A DNA stretch of 64,000 nucleotides. It comes from Botryllus schlosseri (Eukaryota). The notes beneath the pieces are model-generated. The model saw only the letters and a list, made by a program, of their open reading frames with translations. It searched no databases and was not told the DNA's origin. A program made the translations under genes and the position numbers. Each line of letters begins with the position of its first letter. The first letter of the stretch is position 1. Positions 29,101 to 41,048 of this stretch are shown here, piece after piece. The stretch spans positions 6,078,001-6,142,000 of the forward strand of contig CM119372.1 in the NCBI GenBank assembly GCA_051294905.1, read 5' to 3'.

Positions 29101-32100
29101 AGTAGTCGAAGCGTCGTAAATTTATAGTAATGTACGATAGAAGCAGAGGTGTTCAAATAAGTACAGAGGTATGTATTCTTGACCACTGGTTCTGTTATTG
29201 TAACAGCCCTTTCTACCGCACCAGTTAATCCAGACGTCTTTCGTAACAGATGAACGACGTACTTCTCCCGCCGATGCAAAACAGAAGCTGCCAAGCTCAG
29301 CTGTCGACCTCTTGCGACGTTGAAAGGATTCTTCAAGGTTCAGTCATCCACGTGCTGGGACTTCTCCTGAACGGCGCTACCTTCTCTCTGCAAGACATAT
29401 CTGACGAGCTGAGAAGACGATTGAACGAAACGACATCTTTCGGAACAATTATTGGTGCCGGAGGTACGGGTTCCCGAAAAACCTTTGCGTCAGCTGTTAT
29501 GGAACACACATTTTATAAAAAATCAGCTTACCGGACCTTTACAGAGTCAGTCACATCAGAACGGGGTCAAGTACCAGTGAGCTTTGCTACTCAAGTAGAA
29601 ATAGAAGGAGCTATTTCAAATACATGCCAAACTATACTTGAAGGACAAATCGAAATGTTTACATTGTACACATGTATGTAGTTTTAAAGTAGGGGTGTCA
29701 AACATCCGACCCGGGAAGCAATTCTGAGTAGATGGAAAAATGCTTGTATTATCCAGCACATTTCTAACAAATGTAAAAGTTTTTAGTACGCAATACTTCA
29801 AACAAATAATCCCTCAATGTTCCAAGGCCGCATCATAACCAGCCGACAGCGTTGTCGTATATTCACTATTGTCGCCATTAGGAACAATTTGGTGGCATTG
29901 TCACCCAATTCTTTAAAGGCAAAAAAGCGCAGACTGAGCTCGGAATTTTATGGAAAAGGACCAAAACGTAGTTATTAATAGTACCGTAAACGCCAACGAT
30001 AAACCTTTATATACAGGTTACATGAAGATTATAATAGTTATACAAAAATAGTATCAAATATCTGTCGACGCACTGCTGTATCGCTTCTGACTCGGAAGGT
30101 TTCCGGCCTCCTGAAAAATCCTAATCGCGGTGTAGTAATAATGAATAAAATTCCGATATCTACGTTTACGGTTAAATCCCTTTTATTCGTCACAATGCAT
30201 ACACAGGACTAAACGCCAGATGACGACCGTAACATATCAAGCATAGAAAATAAGCCAACTTCAGAACGTGATATATAATTATCAAGCCTCTATACACAAC
30301 AGTATATTACTACTGATCATAGTGGTTCAATTCTAGCAATACGTATATATGCAAACAACGGAATCGGCAGAATAACAAGATTGACAGCCTGAATACAGTT
30401 ATAAACCGCCAAAACTGTGGCCCTAACGAAGTTTTTTGGAATTATTTGACTAGTCCGGTCCGCGAGTGATATGCAGATTAAAATCCGACCCGCGGTGTGA
30501 GTTGAATTTCACACCCCTGCTTTAAAGGATAGATTTGGTGGCGTGGAGGTGTCGGATGCTTTTAGTAGGGAATTGGATGGGGGATATCAAAATTACCATG
30601 ATGCAGGGGCTTTTTCGTTAGGTTGCGATGATAATTTAGCCTAGCAGATGTAATGAAAACCAATCCAATAACCACTATCTGCTTTACAAAATCCCAAGTG
30701 TTGAAAGTAAGTAATCTTCCGTTCAAAACTGTAGTATCTACAATAGTATTCAACATACATGCATGCACAACCCCATGTATAACTACTTGAATAAATCGGG
30801 AGAATGAGCAATACCTACTAGGGATGGTGTGAACGCGAGGTTCACGTTCGCGTTCTGTGTGTGAACCTTGGAAATTTAGAGGTTCACGTTCACAAACGAA
30901 CCTTGATAGGTTCTGCACTGTGAACCTTTTTCATTTATTACAATTTTCACTTCATTATACCATCTTTGGATTAAATTTATTGCATTATAACTGCGGGCCA
31001 CTATAGGCATGGCGCTGGTAGCATAAAAAATCAACACTAAACGAGCATGCACCCTGACAATTTCAAATTTTAACCTGCTTTGTTACAATATTTAGTGACT
31101 CTCTGCTATGAGCTTGACCCGCAATCACAAAATTTCAAGACCGAAAAGCGATTGATGCTTATTCAACCAATTAATGAAATTGATATCGATGTCAGATGTA
31201 ATAAATCTAACAAGAGTACGGGGTTCCTCTCGATTTCATATGTTTATTGTATCATTAAAACCACATACGTGCGATTGAAGTGCTGGCTACTGCTGTATGA
31301 CCTGTTAATGGGGTAAAACCCGTTTACACTCTGCTTAATATCAACGTGGGAACACTCAGACGCCGAATACATTGTCCGGTCTGGCTTAGACGGTTAAGGC
31401 GTATGATTATATTCCCATGCAAGTCCTCGTCGAATTGTTGACAAAGTGACGGAAGATACTGATTTTACGGGATAATTATATCATTTGATTGCTTCGCAGT
31501 TGATATATTTGGCGACGTTTAAAAAGTCAGTATGTACTTCAGCATTGTGACATTATGTGGCCCGACTCGGCGCTTGGTATCTTGTACATATATATATATC
31601 CCTTCACTGAAATGTAGGGTCGGAATTAGCAATATGACGTCACGTGACGTCATGAGGTTCACGTTCGCGTTCACACAGAACCTTTCAAAAAGGTTCACGT
31701 TCACACGAACCTGAACCTTTCAGAGGTTCACACCATCCCTAATACCTACACGATCACTCTAAAAATTCAGAATTATGTAGTTACCAACCGCCTCCGCTAA
31801 TATTTTGATCGACGATGTGACATGTCTTCATTCCAGACTTCGACGAGTGCATCGAGAGCTACGCCGAGTTCCGTAATTGCAGCGCGCTGGCCGAATGCCT
31901 CAATTTTGCTGGTACTTTCACGTGCCAGTGCAACGCGACCTATTACGACAACGGGACGAGCCCAGGAGAAATCTGCAGTAAGACATTTACTCTTCGTTTA
32001 AGGGAAGGAGACGAACATTTGTGCGTGCACGTCACCAGTGTCATATAATTTCATGAATATACAGTAGGCATGTCGCAAAAAAGCTCTGTTGCCGAGAAGT

Positions 32101-35100
32101 ACACCCTTCCCCTTGGCATACCGATACATATATCATTGATTCTGTCCCTATCTATCTATCTATGGAAAGACTCTTGTTCTCAAAACGCCATGCGATTGCT
32201 TCATATATAATAGCCTATAACATTTATGACATGGCAAACAAGGCCCTTTCTGTTTATTTCGCCAATACCGATTGGTAATTGTCACTAATCACTTAATCAG
32301 TAATCATTCACTTGAGCAGTAGCTGCATTTCGGGCTGCGGCGATGATTGTCGGCGCTTATTTAATCATTGCTAATTGGTTGATTGCATTTGAATGTTGTA
32401 TTATGTAGGCCTGGCTGTGTAGACCAATTTCTGTTGTTTGACTTCACTGTAAAGCATTGGTTGTAAAGAGGTGTAGTTTATCACAATTGCTCTAGTCTTG
32501 GGTAATAAAATGTTTGATATCTTGTTTAATATCACGAATTCTGTTGAACAACGTGTAATTTTGCATCCAAATACCGCCAACATAGAACAGTCCTTGATAA
32601 CAGATGACGTCTCAATTCTTAGCCAGACAGTCGCACACACCACGAGCATCGTGGCATAAGCTATGTTTGTTTTTCGTCAGTAAACCCGATCTCCGTGGAC
32701 TGCGCCGGAAACATCATGAATGTCTCAATCCTGAGCGACTACTACAGCCAACAAAATATCAGCCTGGACGCTTTGCATTTGGCCGACGAAACTTGCAACA
32801 GGACCACACATTCCAGTATCATAGGAGACTCGATCGAATTCAGCGTCAACATCAACGAGTGTAACACGTCTTTGGCTTATTCGGCGGTAAGATTCGTCGT
32901 CGGGCTAGCTGTCGTTTTAGTCGAGTTTTTATTCAATATAGCTCTGCTACATCCATTGATTGATCCAACATAACAAGCTGCCACTATAATACTTAGAGTG
33001 CGTTAGATGTGATGGTGTTTATTAATACGAAGGTCTTTTACACCAAAATTAATTTCATCAATCGAAACATGCGAATTGATTAGTTTTGTAAAGGACTATA
33101 TAAGGCATTCACAATATTAAGGGAATGAAGCTCGTTAAGAATTGGTAACGGTGATGGTTCGATTCGATATGGTGCTACACACAATGATCGTGAATATAAG
33201 GTATTCAGGTTATTAAATAAATGTTATATCAAACATATTAATGTGCTAAGTCAACAAATCTATCTCTTGGCGTTTTCTTGGCCTTGGTTTAATGCATTTA
33301 TGCGATTTCGAGGGCCCATACATTATTGAAACTTGACACTTCTTCAGGGGTCACAAATCTCACTCTCATGGCCTCAGGAAGATCACCATGGCCTTATATC
33401 ATATTTTTGTCTAGCCGTGTATTTTTAACAAAGCCACTAATAGAGATCATCATTATTGTGTCTTTTACGCCTGGCGTTTGGTCGTACGCTAATCACATAG
33501 TGTTCGGCTCTAAGCCAACTTCGAGTATACGTAAATTCTAAATACTACAGGTGTTCATGTAGCTTTTCGTCTTGATATTCAGGACAATACCAGCATCGTC
33601 GCAAGCAATTACATCACCAATCTCCCGTCATCCGGCGTCTTCACTGGGCTGGAGATCATGGTGCCATTCGAATGTGCCATGCCAGTCGACTTGAACCTTA
33701 CCGTTGGATTGAACGGATCAGTGGAGTAAGAAATAAATAAGTCCAAAGGGGATTAAAGCAAGACGATAACACCGCGCGTTCTTTACAGCACCGTGGTACT
33801 GCCTAATGTGGTAGCGTCCGGCGAGTTCGACCTGAGGTTCCAGATGTACACAAACAACTCTTTCTCGTCTGCCTACGACACGTCGAAGACATACGGAAGT
33901 AGTGACACGCTATATGCGCAGGTAACCTACAGCTCTCTTTGAATTCGACTAGGGGTAGTCAAAATAATTAGTGTTCCTACTCCAGTATAAATTTACAAGG
34001 CATGGAAAAACTATAAGTAGACCAGAGATAGGAAAATTACTGGAGGAACTTGTTTCAAAAAATCGATTTTTTGGTGAGATGGCATACTTTCATAAGTTAA
34101 TAGCACGTGCCTAATTTCGTAATTGTGAGCGGTATCTTCGCGACGAGCGCAACACGACGCAGAGTAAATATGTGCACTCTCCGAAAATGTATACAGTTAT
34201 CGCGAAACAGAGATGTTTCGCGCGGTTCTTGTTCCAAATTCACACACAAAATAGACCCGCGACTTATTACAATGATATTTTCTTATTTTCAATGTTCAAA
34301 GATCAAAAAGTAGTTTTGTGCACAACACAGTTTAAGTATAGACACTACAAATCGGTGCAATCTTCGAAAATATATTCAGCTACCGTGAAACAGGGCTGTT
34401 TCGTGCTGCTCTTATGACAATTTCACCTGTAAAATAGATGCAAAATATTTTGCAAAGCTGCTTTCTTCATTTTAAAATCCTGTGTTTAAAAAATAACCGG
34501 TTTTGATGTAGAAGTGTAATTACTTTGAAACCTAACCAGTTTAGTAAGTGGTGCAGGATATTTACTACTTTAATACTTCGAAAACGAACTAAAAGTTATT
34601 CGTTACCGACCGCCTCTACGTTTGACGCGCGTATTCACGGTGTTCAGGTATCAGTGGAGAACAACATCAACGGCATTAGCGTGAAGGTCGACAGATGTTA
34701 CGGTACGCCAACAAGCTCACGAACCGACAGCGATCAGTTTTCTTTCCTGGAGAATGGGTGAGTAACCGACATAATTGAAGTTACCGCGATATCAATGCCC
34801 CAACATATAATACTTTACAGATGCTCGAACGGGCAAGCGGCACAGTTCAACATGATCAACAACGGTGACGGAAGCGCCCAGTTTTCGTTCAAGATGTTCT
34901 TCTTCCGTCAAGTGAATGCGGTTTACTTGCATTGCGAAGCTCAAGTTTGTACGCCAAGCTGCGCTCAGGTACAGGGTACATTGTTTGATTTATCTCGCTA
35001 TAAAACTGGGCTAACTGTATTCCTTTTGCGCTTAGACGTGTAGCGGCAGAAAACGGAGAAACGTACCCGACAGCACTACGCCACCAGCGTGGTTGTCGCT

Positions 35101-36251
35101 TTTAATCAGAATCGATCCGAACGACATCACGTACGATGGTGAAGGAAACGTAATCGGGGTCAATGTTCCGGGAGGTAACAACAACGTGAATGACGGTGAG
35201 AAGACTATTAATTTCTTACCTTTTGACGAGTTGTCATCTAACATCCGTATTTCCACGGTATTGCGTCGTGTATAACCGAGCATGTCCGTATAGAAATCGC
35301 AATACCAGCAATTTATGTATAAATAAGGTGTAAATACTTGTCAGTCCTCAAGATGACTAAACCCCCCATTTTTCATATCCACCTCGCCTACCGACACATG
35401 TCACATTTTTTTTCGTCGCTTTTCTATGTTCTCTTTTATTACTTTTTATAAAGTGTCCATGCCTCTTATATATTGGTTTGAGTCAAGGTGGTGTATCATT
35501 AAAAGAGTACTTTAAGTCATTTCGGCATCCTCTTATCTTTTCATTTATCCTAATCTTGCGGTGTTTTGAACTGAATAAATCTTATTAAAATCATTTCTGA
35601 GGAGCCCCGTGCGGGCGAGATATTTTATCTACCTCGTGTGACGTTATATATGCTTCATAACAAATATTACCGACATAGATATAGGTATGGCCAATTGGCC
35701 ATGCTCCGTAATTGCATGCTCGCACAAAATAACATTACGTGTTCTCGCCAACTACTTTTCATTCAAGCCTACATTTCTCAGAGGCAAAATATACATAGGG
35801 TTGTAGCATTTTGCTTACAGATTAATTCGATACTCTGCAGTTAGGCTTATCGTTATTCCAAATGGCTTGGTACAATCTCCCTCGCTGGCTGCGTAGAGGC
35901 AAATCTACTCGGGATTGCATGTGAATTTGCGTTGACATAATAACTGTATGACAGTATCTGCATCGTTTTAACTTATGTAGCAGCAATATAAAATCCATAT
36001 ATTGCCATCAAACATCACTGGCGCAGTTGGTATAGTGAGACTATAACAATACTAATTCAATTTCATTTTCAGACACGTCAACGCAGGATATTGCTCTACC
36101 GATTATGGCAGCCGTGCTGGCATTCGTCCTCATCGTTCTACTAGCCCTTCTTGTATTTGTGCTTGTCAGAAAGCGCAGATCGTCAAAGGATAAGCAAGAC
36201 TTGTCCCACGTTAACATGCACGCTATCGGAGTCCAACCGCCCGCGTATTAA
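16150..36251 (+). CDS. 30-exon gene: EGF-repeat/SEA/ZP-domain type I membrane glycoprotein (uromodulin-like/UMODL1-like), about 1291 aa
   Basis: Hand-spliced with all introns GT-AG and consistent phases; total 3876 nt ending in TAA. Exons: 16150-16252, 17034-17123, 17772-17915, 18030-18152, 19494-19619, 20088-20210, 20327-20449, 21098-21220, 21567-21692, 23408-23530, 23628-23753, 24665-24787, 24883-25002, 25814-25930, 25998-26120, 26871-26987, 27056-27177, 27848-27926, 27996-28112, 28621-28707, 28776-28882, 29250-29463, 31837-31977, 32681-32886, 33583-33725, 33789-33921, 34648-34757, 34821-34968, 35036-35195, 36073-36251. Begins [21 protein letters not shown] and ends [27 protein letters not shown]. 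Confidence 0.92.
17772..26987 (+). CDS. Exons 3-16: 14 tandem EGF-like modules (13 calcium-binding type), one per phase-1/phase-1 exon
   Basis: Each exon is 117-144 nt with 6 Cys. Consensus D(I/V)DEC...NC..NANCTNT.GS(F/Y)TC.C.TGY(T/S)G(D/N)G.NCT, e.g. 21567-21692 [42 protein letters not shown]. Confidence 0.95.
21741..22790. mobile_element. Non-autonomous 8-bp-TSD (hAT-like) element in intron 9
   Basis: TIR CAGAGATGCCACT/AGTGGCATCTCTG; perfect TSD TAAAGTAG; subterminal CTGGGTTTTT repeats. Confidence 0.9.
27056..28112 (+). CDS. Exons 17-19: divergent SEA-like domain 1
   Basis: [83 protein letters not shown]. The beta-strand plus 'Y...fan.sS..y' pattern is typical of SEA N-termini; recognised by eye. 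Confidence 0.6.
28621..29463 (+). CDS. Exons 20-22: truncated EGF module and SEA domain 2
   Basis: [73 protein letters not shown]...[17 protein letters not shown]. Contains the SEA motifs 'W..ay.dss...F' and GSVI. Confidence 0.75.
29690..30519. mobile_element. Non-autonomous hAT (Buster/Charlie-type) in intron 22
   Basis: TAGGGGTGTCAAAC ... TTTCACACCCCTG; TSD TTTTAAAG/CTTTAAAG (7/8). Confidence 0.75.
30819..31741. mobile_element. Non-autonomous hAT (Ac-type), family A copy 2, in intron 22
   Basis: TIR TAGGGATGGTGTGAAC; perfect TSD ATACCTAC. Confidence 0.92.
31837..35195 (+). CDS. Exons 23-29: cbEGF plus ZP module (ZP-N/ZP-C, 10 Cys), furin site and external hydrophobic patch
   Basis: ZP-N Cys in VDCAG, ETCNR, NECNT, FECAM; IHP-like [12 protein letters not shown] motifs [45 protein letters not shown] at 35048-35059; EHP-like AWLSLLIRI. 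Confidence 0.92.
36073..36251 (+). CDS. Exon 30: transmembrane helix and 28-aa cytoplasmic tail
   Basis: [32 protein letters not shown] followed by the stop-transfer RKRR and a tail ending QPPAY-TAA. Confidence 0.9.
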
Positions 36252-37338
36252 CCCGCTGTTCGATTCCAAGCCGTCAGCGAAATATTCAGGACTCAAGTCA
36301 AATTCCAATTCCTTATAGTTAGTCATTCCGAATAGAGAACACAGTGACGATGAGACGGGGAAGTGCCGGTACGCGCTGAACCGTTTGAGTCATTTGACCC
36401 GAATCGGATTGATCTGAAAAACTACCGCATCGACACCTCCTTTATGTCTTGATTATTAACTTCCGTTATGCAATAGTTGGCGTACTGCTGCAGCAAAAAA
36501 TGTATTGTACTTTACACCCGCCTAATTTATTCCGCCGTGCCAAAACGTATTCCCCTAAATTAGAAACGATGTAGCAAGCCATTCGGCACAGTCTCGAGTC
36601 CGCAACCGTAATTAAGATGAACAACCATGCCCGCGCATGTGAATGACTGCTGAAATTACGGCGGTGCATATTTTCAATATGATATGCACTCGCTTTGTAA
36701 GAATTCTTATCGGCCGAAATATATCCTTCCGTAGAAATATATTTATCGGCATGTTTTATTCAATGTTCCGTTTTTCCGTTCGGATATTGTGGGCGGAAGC
36801 CCCAGAAAGCTGTATCACAGGATTTTGCAGCAGTAAGATGTCACATCTCAAATAGACCAAATACAGATCAAGGTCAGGGCGAGTACATTGCGGTCGGGTT
36901 AAATCCAGGGCTGACAGGGCACTTCGAATACTTGAGTGATTCGATACTGAATCGAGTATAGGCTATGACTCAAGTGAAATATTAACGACGTCAGAACAGT
37001 ATACTATATGATTTGAAGGGTTCTTCAAATATACCTATGAATCATCATAGGCTGCGACCACATGGAACACGATGCCAGTTTGCCTACATCACATTAAGAT
37101 ATTTGGGTATTATGCGGTTTTGTGTAAATGTGTATCACTACTTCGGATAAAGGACGTTTCGATTGACGTATGTAACTTTATGCTACATATTTTGGATGCT
37201 CTGATAAAAACAACCCTGGTTTCGGAGCTTCTAAGGCGGGAAGGAAGTATCGATACTGCGACTGCTGACCGAAAACTTCTATGCATATTCCATATACATA
37301 TTATTCATCTATGTTTAATTGCCATAGGAGCCTAAATG

Positions 37339-38299
37339 CAGTGACGTGCGGTGAGGTTCATGGCTGGTGAGGCACCCCCCCCCACACACACACACATACA
37401 CGCATGCACGTAAAGTAGCCTGCCTGCTAAATAGATCCAAAATGTGAATAACAACAGCAACGGGTATGGAGAGCATTTTCTTTGCACACTGATAGCCGTT
37501 GCAATTCCACATTATACAATACATGCAGGACTGGTCGCTATTGTGCTAAATGGGCAAGTGTAGATGGATAATAATTACTATCTCTTCAGGTACCGGTATA
37601 AATTATTCGAAGCATAAAGCAACGACAATTCAGCCTATGCATATGCCTATCACATATACCACAATTTAACGTAAAATGAACAACAGCTTCAAAAGTAAGG
37701 GAATGTATTTGCTCCGCATTGCGTATTGGCCGTCGCTACTATATAATTTCTACAAGACAGTTAAGACTGTTGTATTCCGAAATTGATAGCTCAGTGGTTT
37801 CACTGTGCTGCGATTGTCCAATTGTTAGCGAATAGTGCATGAGGCTGATTCGTTTGTGCCTCACCTGGCCATTGTTTCTCTGCGATGGCATTGTCTGTAA
37901 TAAAGCCGAATGTCACCTTCCTTGTCGAGGGAGGTTCTGGTGGTCTGACACTGTTAATATTTGGATTTTCGGAATCAGTGTGACGATAGCATTTGATTGA
38001 CATCATTTGTTATGAATTCCGAGCTATTTATGATGAATTGCATTGTCGCAGGTGAGGCACGACCCGCCCGTGCCTCACCTGTGCCTCGGCAACTCTCCTT
38101 TCGCGTTGTATTTTTGAATAATAATTATGCAAATTGATGATGTTGCGTGAAAAAATGTTCAAATTTAGGTATTTACGAACATCGATGTAAAATATCAACA
38201 ATCATCGACTCATGGAGGGTTTTCACAATTTTCACTTACTCGCTCTGACGACAGCGGTGAGGCACTGCCTCACCTGCCTCACTGGACCGCACTTTACTG
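37339..38299. mobile_element. Non-autonomous hAT-like element (CAGTGACGTGCGGT TIR)
   Basis: CAGTGACGTGCGGT ... ACCGCACTTTACTG with GTGAGGCA/TGCCTCAC subterminal motifs; no TSD. Confidence 0.75.
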
Positions 38300-38533
38300 T
38301 ATGCCCGCATAAAAACAATTATGATCAAATATTTGAAAATATGATTTTTTCCGTGTCAAGCGTGAATAGTACATTTTCATGATGTTTGTTGAATGCCTGT
38401 CTTCAAACTCCCGTCAAATAGGCCTACTTGGAAATTCTGCGTTGAATATTCCTATTATTGATGGTGCGGCCCGCGGCGTCATCAAAACTAAGAAATTATT
38501 GGCCCGCGAGCACATTTGAGTTTGAGACCTCTG
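38300..38533. mobile_element. 3' fragment of family B hAT
   Basis: Matches about 40300-40550 and ends GAGTTTGAGACCTCTG. Confidence 0.8.
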
Positions 38534-38730
38534 GCTTTATCACGATATTGGTGCGCATTCTGCGCAAGACAATCGTTATTTTAGGGGGCTGACGAAGTGC
38601 TGTTACGGCCCTCCCTCTTACCCATTGTCTTTATTGCAGTCCTTCCAATATAAGGTGGGGGCGCTGGAGCACGATAACTTTTGAAAGGGGGCGCTGGAGG
38701 AAAAAAGATTAAGAACCACTGGTCTATTCC

Positions 38731-38815
38731 TTAATGGTGATGCGTCCGGCTTCTCGAGCGGTAGATTGTGAGTTCGATCTCCGGCCGGGTGATACCAAAG
38801 ACTCGAAAATTGATA
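38731..38815 (+). mobile_element. tRNA-derived SINE head (same family as 7960-8228)
   Basis: TAATGGTGATGCGTCC...GAGTTCGATCTCC (B box)...GGGTGATACCAAAGAC. Confidence 0.6.
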
Positions 38816-38973
38816 GGCGCTCAGGAGAAAAAAAACTGGATGACCTGACGGCCGTATAGCGAGCATTCCCATGACATGCAGCCCTATTTCTTGTCGCTTT
38901 CTTTTCTATACTATCTTCTTTACTTTTATTCTGTGTGCATGTGCAATGTGCATGCCTCCTAGATCGCCTACGC

Positions 38974-40550
38974 CAGAGGCCTCAAACACGTGGCCCGCGG
39001 GCCGCATGTGGCCCGTGAGAGCATTTTGTGCGGCCCGCGACGGTCTTTTGGAATTTCAAGTATTCAACAATATATTCAAGTGCCATATATCTTTTTTAGA
39101 AATAAGAACTTAAAGTTCACCCTAAAACTACTATTGAAATCACTGAAATCTCAACATACTTCACTATCACATCACTTTTAAAAGCTATAATGCGGTAGAA
39201 GATCAGCTATTACGTCACATTCCTAGTTCATGACGATAAAATATGACCCGTTGATGATTCGTGACTGAAAATTGTGATCTGGTTTGGTGCGACCTTCTCG
39301 CAAAATTACTCGATTTCGGTTTGACTCGGTTATTAAATGAAAATGACTCGAGTTGAGTCGGGTCAAACGATAAAATCAGAGAAGGACTTGCGAATCGGAA
39401 CGGCGACTCTTTAATCCTACGGACGCAACAATCTATGCAACTGTCATGGAGAATAGTAACATATCAAAAGGTCCTAGCTTACGCTGCGTGGGGTATATAG
39501 CTATCTAATCAGGTGAGTATGGCAACCATTGGCATTCTATGACCCCGTAATGTATAGTTGGTTACATGCTGGGTGCTGTTTGCTCTCGGTATCCATGTTA
39601 CTATCGGTGGCGAGTAGGGTAGTAGTAGTACGCTACACAGCTGTAACTAGTAATACCAATGAATTACTCGCCGATTGGCCATTTCTATTCCAGAGATTCT
39701 TAACCAGGGTCCGTAGACCCCATCGGGGTACGAGGCACCACATCAGGGTGTGCGAGATGCATTGCTGAATTAGGTCTATATGCTGTGGAATATTTTCTTG
39801 GCCAATTTATTTAACTAGAAAATAGTCATCGTGCTACGAGCGATTTTATGTGAATGGGCTTTCTGATTTTAATATAGGTATCATCAGAAATTGTGTTGAA
39901 ATTGGAAAGGGGCTACGAGAAATATCATTGGAAGCACCAGGGTTACGATCGCTAAAAAGGTCAAGAAGCAATGCTATTACTATGACTCAATAATGATTAT
40001 ATTTAAGTTGTTATTGATATGTTCCAATAATTATCGAAGGCGAAATCTAACGCTGATTTAATTTGTCTTTGGCAATGACAATAACAATTGCCTATATACT
40101 TATCACGACTTTCTCAAAACCAGGATTAGGCTACACCGCTCAAATGCTTTGATATCCGATCAATCTACAGTAGATTTTAAAATATCCTACATAAAATTTT
40201 GGCACGTCAAAGGTCCACTAGCTGCAATATTTTAACCCGACAGTTTTACGATGTCATGATGCATCCTCTCGTATGAATTCTATAACTCATTAATTAGAAA
40301 AATTATGCCCGGCATAAAAACAATATTATTCAAATATTTGAAAATGTGATTTTTTTTCGTGTCAAGCGCGAATAATGCAATGGTAAATTACATTTCCACG
40401 ATGTTTGTGGAATGCATGTCTGCAAGGTCCCGTAAAATAAGGCCTACTTTTAAATTATACATTGAATGTCCCTAGAATTAATGCTGCGGCTCGCGGCGTC
40501 GTAAAAAACTGCGAAATGGCCCGCGAGCACATTTGAGTTTGAGACCTCTG
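38974..40550. mobile_element. Non-autonomous hAT (Buster/Charlie-type), family B copy 2
   Basis: CAGAGGCCTCAAAC ... GTTTGAGACCTCTG; perfect TSD GCCTACGC. Confidence 0.92.
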
Positions 40551-41048
40551 GCCTACGCCAAGGTGGGTGTCCGATTCATTGTATCGCATTTTTGTGGTGA
40601 ATTGAACTGATACAAATTGCTAGTAAACCAATGATGAAGCATCTCAATGGTGCAGGCGAAAAAGAATATCTCTCTCTCTCCATGGCATTGCTTGTTAACA
40701 GTCCACCCGGTGTTGATCAAGTTTACTGAAATAAAGAAAGTTTTCCTTCAAAAGAACCGAATAAATGCAGAACTAGTGACAGCAATACACGATCATGCAC
40801 ACTACGGTCCTCTTGTGGCATTTTCAGGAAAACCATAAATTAGATTAGAATTAAAATAAGAGCACTTCAGCATTGTCACATTTCACCAAGTAGATTAGAT
40901 TCAACAGGATTCATTAGCTGCTGAAGGTGTTTTACACACTTTTGCCCTTGATGTTATACCACATCATATTCAGAATGCGGTACACTTTTAATGTTCAATT
41001 CGACAGGCAAGTAAAACCAGAACGAGGGTTTCTCATTCGCTATGCATC

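Noticed and set aside
38731..38800. tRNA gene
   Set aside because: A/B boxes are present but no cloverleaf, and the sequence continues into a SINE core. The same applies to 8150-8228 and about 46595-46660.
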